From NCBI GenBank assembly GCA_964187785.1, contig OZ076412.1:21266001-21330000 (forward strand): a DNA stretch of 64,000 nt, given 5' to 3'. Origin of the DNA: Amphiscolops sp. MND2022. Lineage: Eukaryota. The notes below the pieces were generated by a model, which was given only the letters and a program-made list of their open reading frames with translations, had not been told where the DNA came from and searched no databases. The position numbers and the translations under genes were made by a program. Positions 11,751 through 26,700 of this stretch are shown piece by piece. How positions within the stretch are numbered: the first letter of the stretch is position 1; the number at the start of each line of letters is the position of its first letter.

Positions 11751-14700
11751 CGTCGACTTTCCAAACAATTCAAGACCTTAGCTGTTAAACTAGGACTTTT
11801 GATGTAGACAGCAAGCGAGAGAAAATGAAACTGAACTTCAACTTCTCTGCCTTGAAAGTGAGATAATTTTACTTTTTGACTTGAAACAATTTCGATTGGG
11901 AGCCCGGAATACCATTAAACTCCCCTTATTTTGCTTCTAATTTCTCCACAAAAAACTCGGGGAAAGTACAAAAACTTGAAAGATCTCAATAAATGTAAGT
12001 TCCAGCTTTTTGAGGCCAAGAATATTTGAGGATGAGAACACATGAGACCTTACTTTTGGTTGAGAAGCGTACCTCAACGCTCTTGAAAACCACACTCTTA
12101 AAATAGTACCCTATGCCGAAAATAAATCGTTTTTTTTTTGTCTCCTGGATACGAATTTGAAAGAATCTGGACAGAGGAGAACAGAATTTTTTCATGGTAT
12201 ACTGAATTATTTGAAAATTCCACCCAAAAGAAAATTTTCAACCTTTGAACAAAAACAATGGTACGGATAGAATGCGAAGATATCTTCCAAACTGAAACAC
12301 AAACAGTTCAGGTCGGTGGCATTAATGCACAAGACACAAAACTTTTGGTTTCTGTCTGGCGGATTAATCTTCGAATGAAACAGTAGACGCTAAAGCTGTT
12401 ATCAAAATAGCCAGGATTGAATACTTGCCACAAAAAAGCTAACTCGAGGTGATATTTGTTGATGCTTCAACCTAATGCAGTGATATCATAGCCCAAACAT
12501 ACGAACTCCAGAGCAAGCTTTGCCAAGAGTTATTCTTTTGTTTTTGCTGACATGGATGCATTCTTGAAACAAAGTGAACAAAAATATCGAGTGAGTTTTC
12601 TCCATTGTACACTCAAATCATTGAAAAATTCCTAATTAAAGAAAAAACTGCCAATCCTAACAGTGATTTTGGACACCTTACCGTTTCCATCGCCCTGATA
12701 TCAATAGTTGATATCTTTCAAAATTACAGATAGGCGGAAGGTTTGAAGAAAAAGCAGCATGTTCAATGGCTTTAAACAAAGTTATTAGTGACCAGTTTAT
12801 AAAAAAACAAGTTCGTGTGGGAAAGAACCACAATGAATCATAGTTATCAGAGCGAACAATTCAGTTATTCAGGGTATTCAGCATAATAAAAACTATAACA
12901 TACCTTCTGTCAATTGAATTCAACGCAGCGGAAAACTAATTTGAACATTGCTTAACGTTGATTTCAACAAGTAAAAATTCGTCGACTTTCCCCATAACTC
13001 AAGACCTGAGCTGCTAAGCTAGGACAATTGATGTAGACAGCAAGCGAGAGAAAGTGAAAATGAACTTCAACTTTTCTGACTTAGAATAAATTTCGTTGGG
13101 ATCCTTAAGAGATAATTTTTGAGTTGAAACAAATTCGGTTGGGAACCCTATATATCCTTTAACCCCTCTGCTTTTCATACTAATTTCTCCACAAAAACCT
13201 CGGGGAAACGACAAAAACCTGAAAGATCTCAATAAATGTCAGTTCCAGCTTTTTAGAGGCCAAAAATAATGGAGGATGAGAACACAAATCTTTCGACTGT
13301 TTTTTCCAGAGGAAACGTTTTTGTGTTTCGAGTCTCAATCTTCATGCACAAAATCCCCAGCACCAATTACGAAGCCCTTGAGAACACTCTTTCCGGAACT
13401 TCGATATGAAAAAGCGAAAGCTTGAAGTAGTTAAGATTTATTTGCAAGCAAGCTAGATTCTTCACGGGATGAAATGTTTTAGATAGAATATAACATCAAA
13501 TGATCGGATAAACACTTGTTTTTCTTTCGTATACGGTATTCCGGAAAGCCTTTCAGTAAAGATCAATATGTAACCTAACAAACGCTCAAACTTGGTTACA
13601 TTCAACGCGGATCGAATTCTTCCTTGAGTCATAATGCGAAAACGCTTTCTGTAAAGTTCAGTTTACTTAAACAAATGCTCGAAACTGTTAGGATTTCAAA
13701 GGAAGACACATTCATCCTGCTGTGGATTGTTTTAGTTCGTATTTCCCATCACAGTTCGGGTGTCGAGCATTTTTCTGTTATATACATTATTTCAGACAAC
13801 GCTATCAAAAGACTTGTATTGTATACAAAGGAGTATTTGCCAGTGGACCTCCAGATCTCCTCGAACGATATTTCCGGATCTACATCTTCTATTTTCAGTG
13901 AAAACGAAAATATAGCAAAATTTGCCATCGCAAAAATGGCAGTTTTTTGCTTTTCCATAGTTACAGATGTACACCGAAGATCTTTTTCGGTATGTCTAAG
14001 ACTACATTGACTTCCGCCCTTGTTAGATTTCGGTGCATTCATAATAAAGTCTCCAAACATTGGTCTTCATTAACAGAACGTCACATTTCGTCGACTTTCC
14101 AAACAATTCAAGACCTTAGCTGTTAAGCTAGGACTTTTGATGTAGACAGCAAGCGAGAGAAAATGAAACTGAACTTCAACTTCTCTGCCTTGAAAGTGAG
14201 ATAATTTTACTTTTTGAATTGAAACAATTTCGATTGGGAGCCCGGAATACCATTAAACCCCCCTTATTTTGCTTCTAATTTCTCCACAAAAAACTTGGGG
14301 AAAGTACAAAAACTTGAAAGATCTCAATAAATGTAAGTTCCAGCTTTTTGAGGCCAAGAATATTTGAGGATGAGAACACATGAGACCTTACTTTTGGTTG
14401 AGAAGCGTACCTCAACGCTCTTGAAAACCACTCTTAAAATAGTACCCTATGCCAAAAAAAATCGTTTTTTTGTCTCCTGGATAAGAATTTGAAAGAATCT
14501 GGGCAGAGGAGAGCAGAATTTTTTCATGGTATACTGAATTATTTGAAAATTCCACCCAAAAGAAAATTTTCAACCTTTAAACCAAAACAATGGTACGGAT
14601 AAAATGCGAAGATATCTTCCAAACTGAAACACAAACAGTTCCGGTCGGTGGCATTAATGCACAAGACACAAAACTTTTGGTTTCTGTCTGGCGGATTAAT

Positions 14701-17700
14701 CTTCGAATGAAACCGTAGACGCTAAAGCTGTTATCAAAATAGCCAGGATTGAATACTTGCCACAAAAAAGCTAACTCGAGGTGATATTTGTTGATGCTTC
14801 AACCTAATGCAGTGATATCATAGCCCAAACATACGAACTCCAGAGCAAGCTTTGCCAAGAGTTATTCTTTTGTTTTTGCTGACATGGATGCATTCTTGAA
14901 ACAAAGTGAACAAAAATATCGAGTGAGTTTTCTCCATTGTACACTCAAATCATTGAAAAATTCCCAATTAAAGAAAAAACTGCCAATCCTAACAGTGATT
15001 TTGGACACCTTACCGTTTCCATCGCCCTGATATCAATAGTTGATATCTTTCAAAATTACAGATAGGCGGAAGGTTTGAAGAAAAAGCAGCATGTTCGATG
15101 GCTCTAAACAAAGTTATTAGTGACCAGTTTATAAAAAAAACAAGTTCGTGTGGGAAAGAACCACAATGAATCACAGTTATCAGAGCGAACAATTCAGATA
15201 TTCAGGGTATTCAGCATAATAAAAACTATAATATACCTTCTGTCACTTGAATTCAACGCAGCGGAAAACTAATTTGAACATTGCTTAACGTTGATTTCAA
15301 CAAGTAAAAATTCGTCGACTTTCCCCATAACGCAAGACCTGAGCTGCTAAGCTAGGACATTTGATGTAGACAGCAAGCGAGAAAAAGTGAAAATGAACTT
15401 CAACTTTTCTGACTTAGAATAAATTTCGTTGGGATCCTTAAGAGATAATTTTTGAGTTGAAACAAATTCGGTTGGGAACCCTATATATCCTTTAACCCCT
15501 CTGCTTTTCATACTAATTTCTCCACAAAAACCTCGGGGAAACGACAAAAACCTGAAAGATCTCAGTAAATGTCAGTTCCAGCTTTTTAGAGGCCAAAAAT
15601 AATGGAGGATGAGAACACATGAGACCTTATTTTTGGCTGATAAGCGAACCTGGAAGCTCTTAAACTTAATACTCTTAAAATAGTACCCTATGCCAAGAAT
15701 AAATCGTTTTTTGGTCTCGTGGAAACGATTTTGAAAAAATCTGGACAGAGAAGAGCAGAATTTTTTCATGGTACACTGAAGTATTTGAAACTTCCACCTT
15801 TACACCCGAACAATTGTACGGATAGAATGCGAAGATATATTCCAAACTGAAACACAAACAGTTCCGGTCGGTGGCATTAATGCACAAGACACAAAACATT
15901 TGGTTTCAGTCTGGCAAATTAATCTTCGAATGAGACCGTAGACGCTAAAATTTTATCAAAAAGGCCAAGATTGAATACTTGCCACACAAAAGCTAACTCG
16001 AGGTGATATTTGTTGATGCTCCAACCTAATGCAGTGATAACATAGCCCAAACATACGAACTCCAGAGCAAGCTTTGCCAAGAATTATTCTTTTGTTTTTG
16101 CTGACATGGATGCATTCTTGAAACAAAGTGGACGAAAATATCGAGTGAGCTTTCTCCATTGTACACACAAATCGTTGGAAAACTCCTAATCAAAGAAAAA
16201 ACTGCCATCCCTAACAGTGATTATGGACACCTTACCGTTTACATCGTCCTGATATCAATAGTTGATAGCTTTCAGAATTACGGATAGGCGGAACATTTGA
16301 AAAAAGTGCAGCATGTTCGATGGTTTTAAACAAAATTATTAGTGACCAGTTTATAAAAACAAGTTCGTGTAGGAAATAACAACAATGAATCATAGTTATC
16401 AGAGCAAACAATTCAGTTATTCAGGGTATTCAGCATAATAAAATCTATGACATACCTTCTGTCATTTGCATTCAACGCAGCGGAAAACTAATAGAAACAT
16501 TGCTCAACTTTGCTTACAACAAGTAAAAAATCGTCGACTTCCCCCACAATTCAAGACCTGAGCTGCTAAGCTAGGACATTTGATGTAGACAGCAAGCGAG
16601 AGAAAGTGAAACTGAACTTCAACTTTTCTGACTGAGAATAAATTTCGTTAGGATCCTTAAGAGATAATTTTTGAGTTGAAACAAATTCGGTTGGGAACCT
16701 TATATATCCTTCATCCCCTCTGCTTTTCATACTAATTTCTCCACAAAAACCTCGGGGAAACAACAAAAACCTGAAAGATCTCAATAAATGTCAGTTCCAG
16801 CTTTTTAGAGGCCAAAAATATTGGAGGATGAGAACACATGTGACCTTATTTTTGGCTGAGAAGGGTACCTCAGAGGTTTTAAACTCCATACTCTAAAAAA
16901 AGTACCCTATGCCAAGAATAAATCGTTTTTTGATCTCGTGGATACGATTTTGAAAAAATTTGGACAGAGAAGAGCAGAATTTTTTCATGGTACACTGAAT
17001 TATTTGAAACTTCCACCTTTACACCAAAACAATTGTACGGATAGAATGCGAAGATATCTTCCAAACTGAAACAAACAGTTCCGGTCGGTGGCATTAATGC
17101 ACAAGACACAAAACTTTTGGTTTCAGTCTGGCAGATTATTCTTCGAAAGGGACCGTAGACGCCGAAGATTTTATCAAAAAGGCCAAGATTGAATACTGGC
17201 CACAAAAAAGCTAACTGGAGGTGATATTTGTTGATGCTCCAACCTAATGCAGTGATATCATAGCCCAAACATACGAACTCCAGAGGAAGCTTTGCCAGAA
17301 GATATTCTTTTGTTTTCGCTGACATGGATGCATTCTTGGAACAAAGTGGACAAAAATATCGAGTGAGCTTTCTCCAATGTACACTCAAATCGTTGAAAAA
17401 GTCCTAATTAAAGAAAAAACTGCAATCCCTGACAGTGATTATGGACACCTTACCGTTTACATCGTCCTGATATCAATAGTTGATATCTTTCAGAATTACG
17501 GATAGGCAGAACTTTTGAAGGAAGTGCAGCATGTTCGATGGCTTTAAACAAAGTTATTAGTGACCAGTTTATAAAAACAAGTTCGTGTGGGAAATAACCA
17601 CAATTAATCATAATTATCAGAGCAAACAATTCAGTTATTGGGGTATTCAGCATAATAAAATCTATGATATACCTTCTGTCAATTGAATTCAACCCAGCGG

Positions 17701-20700
17701 AAAACTAATTTGAACAAGGCTTAACTTTGCTTACAACAAGTAAAAATTCGTCAACTTTCCGAACAATTCAAGACCTGAGCTGCTAATCTAGGACATTTGA
17801 TGTAGACAGCAAGCGAGACAAAGTGAAAATGAACTTCAACTTTTCTGACTGAGAATAAATTTCGTTGGGATCCATAAGAAATAATTTTTGAGTTGAAAAA
17901 AATTCGGTTGGGAACCCTATATATCCTTTAACCCCTCTGCTTTTCATACTAATTTCTCCACAAAAACCTCGGGAAAACGACAAAAACCTGAAAGATCTCA
18001 ATAAATGTCAGTTCCAGCTTTTTAGAGGCCAAAAATAATGGAGGATGAGAACACATGAGACCTTATTTTTGGCTGAGAAACGTACCTCAAAGGTTTTAAA
18101 CTCCATACTCTAAAAATAGTGCCCTATGCCAAGAATCAATCGTTTTTTGGTCCTGTGGATACGATTTTGAAAAAATCTGGACAGAGAAGAACAGAATTTT
18201 TTCATGGTACACTGAATTATTTGAAACTTCCACCTTTACACCAAAACAATTGTACGGATAGAATGCGAAGATATCTTCCAAACTGAAACACAAACAGTTC
18301 CGGTCGGTGGCATTAATGCACAAGGCACAAAACTTTTGGTTTCAGTCTGGCAGATTAATCTTCGAATGAGACCGTAGACGCTAAAGATTTTATCAAAAAG
18401 GCCAAGATTGAATACTTGCCACAAAAAAGCTAACTCGAGGTGATATTTGTTGATGCTCCAACCTAACGCAGTGATATCATAGCCCAAACATACGATCTCC
18501 AGAGCAAGCTTTGCCAAGAGGTATTCTTTTGTTTTCGCTGACATGGATGCATTCTTGGAACAAAGTGGACAAAAATATCGAGTGAGCTTTCTCTATTGTA
18601 CACTCAAATCGTTGAAAAAGTCCTAACTAAAGAAAAAACTGCCATCCCTAACAGTGATTATGGACACCTTACCGTTTACATCGTCCTGATATCAATAGTT
18701 GATATCTTTCAGAATTACGGATAGGCAGAACATTTGAAGGAAGTTCAGCATGTTCGATGGCTTTAAACAAAGTTATTAGTGACCAGTTTATAAAAACACG
18801 TTCGTGTGGGAAATAACCACAATGAATCATAGTTATCAGAGCAAACAATTCAGTTATTCAGGGTATTCAGCATAATAAAATCTATGATATACCTTCTGTC
18901 AATTGAATTCAACGCAGCGGAAAACTAATTGAAACATTGCTTAACTTTGCTTACAACAAGTAAAAAATCGTCGACCTCCCCCACAATTCAAGACCTGAGC
19001 TGCTAAGCTAGGACATTTGATGTAGACAGCAAGCGAGAGAAAGTGAAACTGAACTTCAACTTTTCTGACTGAGAATAAATTTCGTTAGGATCCTTAAGAG
19101 ATAATTTTTGAAACAAATTCGGTTGGGAACCCTATATATCCTTTATCCCCTCTGCTTTTCATACTAATTTCTCCACAAAAACCTCGGAGAAACAACAAAA
19201 ACCTGAAAGATCTCAATAAATGTCAGTTCCAGCTTTTTAGAGGCCAAAAATATTGGAGGATGAGAACACATGAGACCTTATTTTTGGCTGAGAAGGGTAC
19301 CTCAGAGGTTTTAAACTCCATACTCTAAAAAAGTACCCTATGCCAAGAATAAATCGTTTTTTGGTCTCGTGGATACGATTTTGAAAAAATCTGGACAGAG
19401 AAGAGCAGAATTTTTTCATGGTACACTGAATTATTTGAAACTTCCACCTTTACACCAAAACAATTGTACGGATAGATTGCGAAGATATCTTCCAAACTGA
19501 AACACAAACAGTTCCGGTCGGTGGCATTAATGCACAAGACACAAAACTTTTGGTTTCAGTCTGGCAGATTATTCTTCGAAAGGGACCGTAGACGCCGAAG
19601 ATTTTATCAAAAAGGCCAAGATTGAATACTGGCCACAAAAAGCTAACTGGAGGTGATATTTGTTGATGCTCCAACCTAACGCAGTGATATCATAGCCCAA
19701 ACATACGAACTCCAGAGCAAGCTTTGCCAGAAGATATTCTTTTGTTTTCGCTGACATGGATGCATTCTTGGAACAAAGTGGACAAAAATATCGAGTGAGC
19801 TTTCTCCATTGTACACTCAAATCGTTGAAAAAGTCCTAATTAAAGAAAAAACTGCCATCCCTGACAGTGATTATGGACACCTTACCGTTTACATCGTCCT
19901 GATATCAATAGTTGATATCTTTCAGAATTACGGATAGGCAGAACTTTTGAAGGAAGTGCAGCATGTTCGATGGCTTTAAACAAAGTTATTAGTGACCAGT
20001 TTATAAAAACAAGTTCGTGTGGGAAATAACCACAATTAATCATAATTATCAGAGCAAACAATTCAGTTATTGGGGTATTCAGCATAATAAAATCTATGAT
20101 ATACCTTCTGTCAATTGAATTCAACCCAGCGGAAAACTAATTTGAACATTGCTTAATTTTGCTTACAACAAGTAAAAATTCGTCAACTTTCCGAACAATT
20201 CAAGACCTGAGCTGCTAATCTAGGACATTTGATGTAGACAGCAAGCGAGAGAAAGTGAAAATGAACTTCAACTTTTCTGACTTAGAATAAATTTCGTTGG
20301 GATCCTTAAGAAATAATTTTTGAGTTGAAAAAAAATCGGTTGGGAACCCTATATATCCTTTAACCCCTCTGCTTTTCATACTAATTTCTCCACAAAAACC
20401 TCGGGGAAACGACAAAAACCTGAAAGATCTCAATAAATGTCAGTTCCAGCTTTTTAGAGGCCAAAAATAATGGAGGATGAGAACACATGAGACCTTATTT
20501 TTGGCTGAGAAGCGTACCTCAAAGGTTTTAAACTCCATACTCTAAAAATAGTGCCCTATGCCAAGAATCAATCGTTTTTTGGTCTCGTGGATACGATTTT
20601 GAAAAAATCTGGACAGAGAAGAACAGAATTTTTTCATGGTACACTGAATTATTTGAAACTTCCACCTTTACACCAAAACAATAGTACGGATAGAATGCGA

Positions 20701-23700
20701 AGATATCTTCCAAACTGAAACACAAACAGTTCCGGTCCGTGGCATTAATGCACAAGGCACAAAACTTTTGGTTTCAGTCTGGCAGATTAATCTTCGAATG
20801 AGACCGTAGACGCTAAAGATTTTATCAAAAAGGCCAAGATTGAATACGTGCCACAAGAAAGCTAACTCGAGGTGATATTTGTTGATGCTCCAACATAACG
20901 CAGTGATATCATAGCCCAAACATACGATCTCCAGAGCAAGCTTTGCAAAGAGATATTCTTTTGTTTTCGCTGACATGGATGCATTCTTGGAACAAAGTGG
21001 ACAAAAATATCGAGTGAGCTTTCTCCATTGTACACTCAAATCGTTGAAAAAGTCCTAATTAAAGAAAAAACTGCCATCCCTGACAGTGATTATGGACACC
21101 TTACCGTTTACATCGTCCTGATATCAATAGTTGATATCTTTCAGAATTACGGATAGGCAGAACTTTTGAAGGAAGTGCAGCATGTTCGATGGCTTTAAAC
21201 AAAGTTATTAGTGACCAGTTTATAAAAACAAGTTCGTGTGGGAAATAACCACAATTAATCATAATTATCAGAGCAAACAATTCAGTTATTGGGGTATTCA
21301 GCATAATAAAATCTATGATATACCTTCTGTCAATTGAATTCAACCCAGCGGAAAACTAATTTGAACAAGGCTTAACTTTGCTTACAACAAGTAAAAATTC
21401 GTCAACTTTCCGAACAATTCAAGACCTGAGCTGCTAATCTAGGACATTTGATGTAGACAGCAAGCGAGAGAAAGTGAAAATGAACTTCAACTTTTCTGAC
21501 TTAGAATAAATTTCGTTGAGATCCTTAAGAAATAATTTTTGAGTTCAAAAAAAATCGGTTGGGAACCCTATATATCCTTTAACCCCTCTGCTTTTCATAC
21601 TAATTTCTCCACAAAAACCTCGGGGAAACGACAAAAACCTGAAAAATCTCAATAAATGTCAGTTCCAGCTTTTTAGAGGCCAAAAATAATGGAGGATGAG
21701 AACACATGAGACCTTATTTTTGGCTGAGAAGCGTACCTCAAAGGTTTTAAACTCCATACTCTAAAAATAGTGCCCTATGCCAAGAATCAATCGTTTTTTG
21801 GTCTCGTGGATACGATTTTGAAAAAATCTGGACAGAGAAGAACAGAATTTTTTCATGGTACACTGAATTATTTGAAACTTCCATCTTTACACCAAAACAA
21901 TAGTACGGATAGAATGCGAAGATATCTTCCAAACTGAAACACTAACAGTTCCGGTCGGTGGCATTAATGCACAAGGCACAAAACTTTTGGTTTCAGTCTG
22001 GCAGATTAATCTTCGAATGAGGCCGTAGACGCTAAAGATTTTATCAAAAAGGCCAAGATTGAATACTTGCCACAAGAAAGCTAACTCGAGGTGATATTTG
22101 TTGATGCTCCAACATAACGCAGTGATATCATAGCCCAAACATACGATCTCCAGAGCAAGCTTTGCCAAGAGATATTCTTTTGTTTTCGCTGACATGGATG
22201 CATTCTTGGAACAAAGTGGACGAAAATATCGAGTGAGCTTTCTCCATTGTACACTCAAATTGTTGAAAAAGTCCTAACTAAAGAAAAAACTGCCATCCCT
22301 AACAGTGATTATGGACACCTTACCGTTTACAACGTCCTGATATCAATAGTTGATATCTTTCAGAATTACGGATAGGCAGAACATTTGAAGGAAGTTCAGC
22401 ATGTTCGATGGCTTTAAACAAAGTTATTAGTGACCAGTTTATAAAAACACGTTCGTGTGGGAAATAACCACAATGAATCATAGTTATCAGAGCAAACAAT
22501 TCAGTTATTCAGGGTATTCAGCATAATAAAATCTATGATATACCTTCTGTCAATTGAATTCAACGCAGCGGAAAACTAATTCAAACATTGCTTAACTTTG
22601 CTTACAACAAGTAAAAATTCGTCAACTTTCCAAACAATTCAAGACCTGAGCTGCTAAGCTAGGACATTTGATGTAGACAGCAAGCGAGAGAAAGTGAAAA
22701 TGAACTTCAACTTTTCTAACTTCGAATAAATTTCGTTGGAATCCTTAAGAGATAATTTTTGAGTTGAAACAAATTCGGTTGGGAACCCTATATATCCTTT
22801 AACCCCTCTGCTTTTCATACTAATTTCTCCACAAAAACCTAGGGAAAACGACAAAAACCTGAAAGATCAATAAATGTCAGTTCCAGCTTTTTAGAGGCCA
22901 AAAATAATGGAGGATGAGAACACATGAGACCTTATTTTTGGCTGAGAAGCGTACCTCAAAGGTTTTAAACTCCATACTCTAAAAATAGTGCCCTATGCCA
23001 AGAATCAATCGTTTTTTGGTCTCGTGGATACGATTTTGAAAAAATCTGGACAGAGAAGAACAGAATTTTTTCATGGTACACTGAATTATTTGAAACTTCC
23101 ATCTTTACACCAAAACAATAGTACGGATAGAATGCGAAGATATCTTCCAAACTGAAACACTAACAGTTCCGGTCGGTGGCATTAATGGACAAGGCACAAA
23201 ACTTTTGGTTTCAGTCTGGCAGATTAATCTTCGAATGAGACCGTAGACGCTAAAGATTTTATCAAAAAGGCCAAGATTGAATACTTGCCACAAGAAAGCT
23301 AACTCGAGGTGATATTTGTTGATGCTCCAACATAACGCAGTGATATCATAGCCCAAACATACGATCTCCAGAGCAAGCTTTGCCAAGAGATAATCTTTTG
23401 TTTTCGCTGACATGGATGCATTCTTGGAACAAAGTGGACGAAAATATCGAGTGAGCTTTCTCCATTGTACACTCAAATCGTTGAATGGTCCTAACTGAAG
23501 AAAAAACTGCCATCCCTAACAGTGATTATGGACACCTTACCGTTTACATCGTCCTGATATCAATAGTTGATATCTTTCAGAATTACGGATAGGCAGAACA
23601 TTTGAAGAAAGTGCAGCATGTTCGATGGCTTTAAACAAAGTTATTAGTGACCAGTTTATAAAAACAAGTTCGTGTGGGAAATAACCACAATGAATCATAA

Positions 23701-26700
23701 TTATCACAGCAAACAATTCAGTTATTCAGGGTATTCAGCATAATAAAATCTATGATATACCTTCTGCCAATTGAATTCAACGCAGCGGAAAAGTAATTCA
23801 AACATTGCTTAACTTTGCTTACAACAAGTAAAAATTCGTCAACTTTCCAAACAAATCAAGACCTGAGCTGCTAAGCTAGGACATTTGATGTAGACAGCAA
23901 GCGAGAGAAAGTGAAAATGAACTTCAACTTTTCTAACTTCGAATAAATTTCGTTGGAATCCTCAAGAGATAATTTTTGAGTTGAAACAAATTCGGTTGGG
24001 AACCCTATATATCCTTTAACCCCTCTGCTTTTCATACTAATTTCTCCACAAAAACCTAGGGAAAACGACAAAAACCTGAAAGATCAATAAATGTCAGTTC
24101 CAGCTTTTTAGAGGCCAAAAATAATGGAGGATGAGAACACATGAGACCTTATTTTTGGCTGAGAAGCGTACCTCAAAGGTTTTAAACTCCATACTCTAAA
24201 AATAGTGCCCTATGCCAAGAATCAATCGTTTTTTGGTCTCGTGGATACGATTTTGAAAAAATCTGGACAGAGAAGAACAGAATTTTTTCATGGTACACTG
24301 AATTATTTGAAACTTCCATCTTTACACCAAAACAATAGTACGGATAGAATGCGAAGATATCTTCCAAACTGAAACACTAACAGTTCCGGTCGGTGGCATT
24401 AATGCACAAGGCACAAAACTTTTGGTTTCAGTCTGGCAGATTAATCTTCGAATGAGACCGTAGACGCTAAAGATTTTATCAAAAAGGCCAAGATTGAATA
24501 CTTGCCACAAGAAAGCTAACTCGAGGTGATATTTGTTGATGCTCCAACATAACGCAGTGATATCATAGCCCAAACATACGATCTCCAGAGCAAGCTTTGC
24601 CAAGAGATAATCTTTTGTTTTCGCTGACATGGATGCATTCTTGGAACAAAGTGGACGAAAATATCGAGTGAGCTTTCTCCATTGTACACTCAAATCGTTG
24701 AATGGTCCTAACTGAAGAAAAAACTGCCATCCCTAACAGTGATTATGGACACCTTACCGTTTACATCGTCCTGATATCAATAGTTGATATCTTTCAGAAT
24801 TACGGATAGGCAGAACATTTGAAGAAAGTGCAGCATGTTCGATGGCTTTAAACAAAGTTATTAGTGACCAGTTTATAAAAACAAGTTCGTGTGGGAAATA
24901 ACCACAATTAATCATAATTATCACAGCAAACAATTCAGTTATTCAGGGTATTCAGCATAATAAAATCTATGATATACCTTCTGCCAATTGAATTCAACGC
25001 AGCGGAAAACTAATTTAAACATTGCTTAACTTTGCTTACAAGTAAAAATTCGTCGACTTTCCAAACAATTCAAGACCTGAGCTGCTAAGCTAGGACATTT
25101 GATATAGACAGCAAGCGAGAGAAAGTGAAAATGAACTTCAACTTTTCTGACTCAGAATAAATTTCGTTGGGATCCTTAAGAGATAATTTTTGAGTTGAAA
25201 CAAATTCGGTTGGGAACCCTATATATCCTTTAACCCCTCTGCTTTTCATACTAATTTCTCCACTAAAACCTCGGGGAAATGACAAAAACCTGAAAGATCA
25301 ATAAATGTCAGTTCCAGCTTTTTAGAGGCCAAGAATAATGGAGGATGAGAACACGAGACCTTATTTTTAGCTGAGAAGCGTACCTCAAAGGTTTTAAACT
25401 CCATACTCTAAAAATAGTACCCTATGCCAAGAATAGATCGTTTTTTGGTCTCGCGGATACGATTTTGAAAAAATCTGGACAGAGAAGAACAGAATTTTTT
25501 CATGGTACACTGAATTATTTGAAACTTCCACCTTTAAACCAAAACAATTGTACGGATAGAATGCGAAGATATCTTTCAAACTGAAACACAAACAGTTCCA
25601 GTCGGTGGCATTAATGCACAAGACACAAAACTTTTGGTTTCAGTCTGGCAGATTATTCTTCGAATGAGACCGTAGACGCTAAAGATTTTATCAAAAAGGC
25701 CAAGATTGAATACTTGCCACAAGAAAGCTAACTCGAGGTGATATTTGTTGATGCTCCAACATAACGCAGTGATATCATAGCCCAAACATACGAACTCCAG
25801 AGCAAGCTTTGCCAAGAGATATTCTTTTGTTTTCGCTGACATGGATGCATTCTTGGAACAAAGTGGACAAAAATATCGAGTGAGCTTTCTCCATTGTACA
25901 CTCAAATCGTTGAAAAAGTCCCAATTAAAGAAAAAACTGCCATCCCTAACAGTAATTATGGACACCTTACCGTTTACATCGTCCTGAAATCAATAGTTGA
26001 TATCTTTCAGAATTACGGATAGGCAGAACATTTGAAGGAAGTGCAGCATGTTCGATGGCTTTAAACAAAGTTATTAGTGACCAGTTTATAAAAACAAATT
26101 CGTGTGGGAAATAACCACAATTAATCATAGTTATCAGAGCAAACAATTCAGTTATTCAGGGTATTCAGCATAAAAAAATCTATGATATACCTTCTGTCAA
26201 TTGAATTCAACGCCGCGGAAAACTATTTTGAACATTTCTTAACTTTGCTTACAACAAGTAAAAATTCGTCGACTTTCCAAACAATTCAAGACCTGAGCTG
26301 CTAAGCTAGGACATTTGATGTAGACAGCAAGCGAGAGAAAGTGAAACTGAACTTCAACTTTTCTGACTTAAAATAAATTTCGTTGGGATCCTTAAGAGAT
26401 AATTTTTGACTTGAAAAAAATTCGGTTGGGAACCCTATACATCCTTTAACCCCTCTGCTTTTCACACTAATTTCTCCACAAAAACCTCGGGGAAACGAAA
26501 AAAAACTGAAAGATCTCAATAAATGTCAGTTCCAGCTTTTTAGAGGCCAAAAATATTGGAGGATGAGAACACATGAGACCTCATTTTTGGCTGAGAAGCG
26601 TACCTCAAAGGTTTTTAACTCCATACTAAAATAGTACCCTATGCCAAGAAAAAAATCGTTTGTTTGTCTCGTGGATACGATTTTGTAAAAATCTGGACAG

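Larger units (their letters stand above)
10947..15620. repeat. Tandem duplication with ~2337 bp period (10947-13283 / 13284-~15620)
   Basis: Homologous ORFs 11411 and 13749 are offset by 2338 bp; junction gagaac-aca-aatc at 13284-86 has 3 bp microhomology. Confidence 0.9.
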
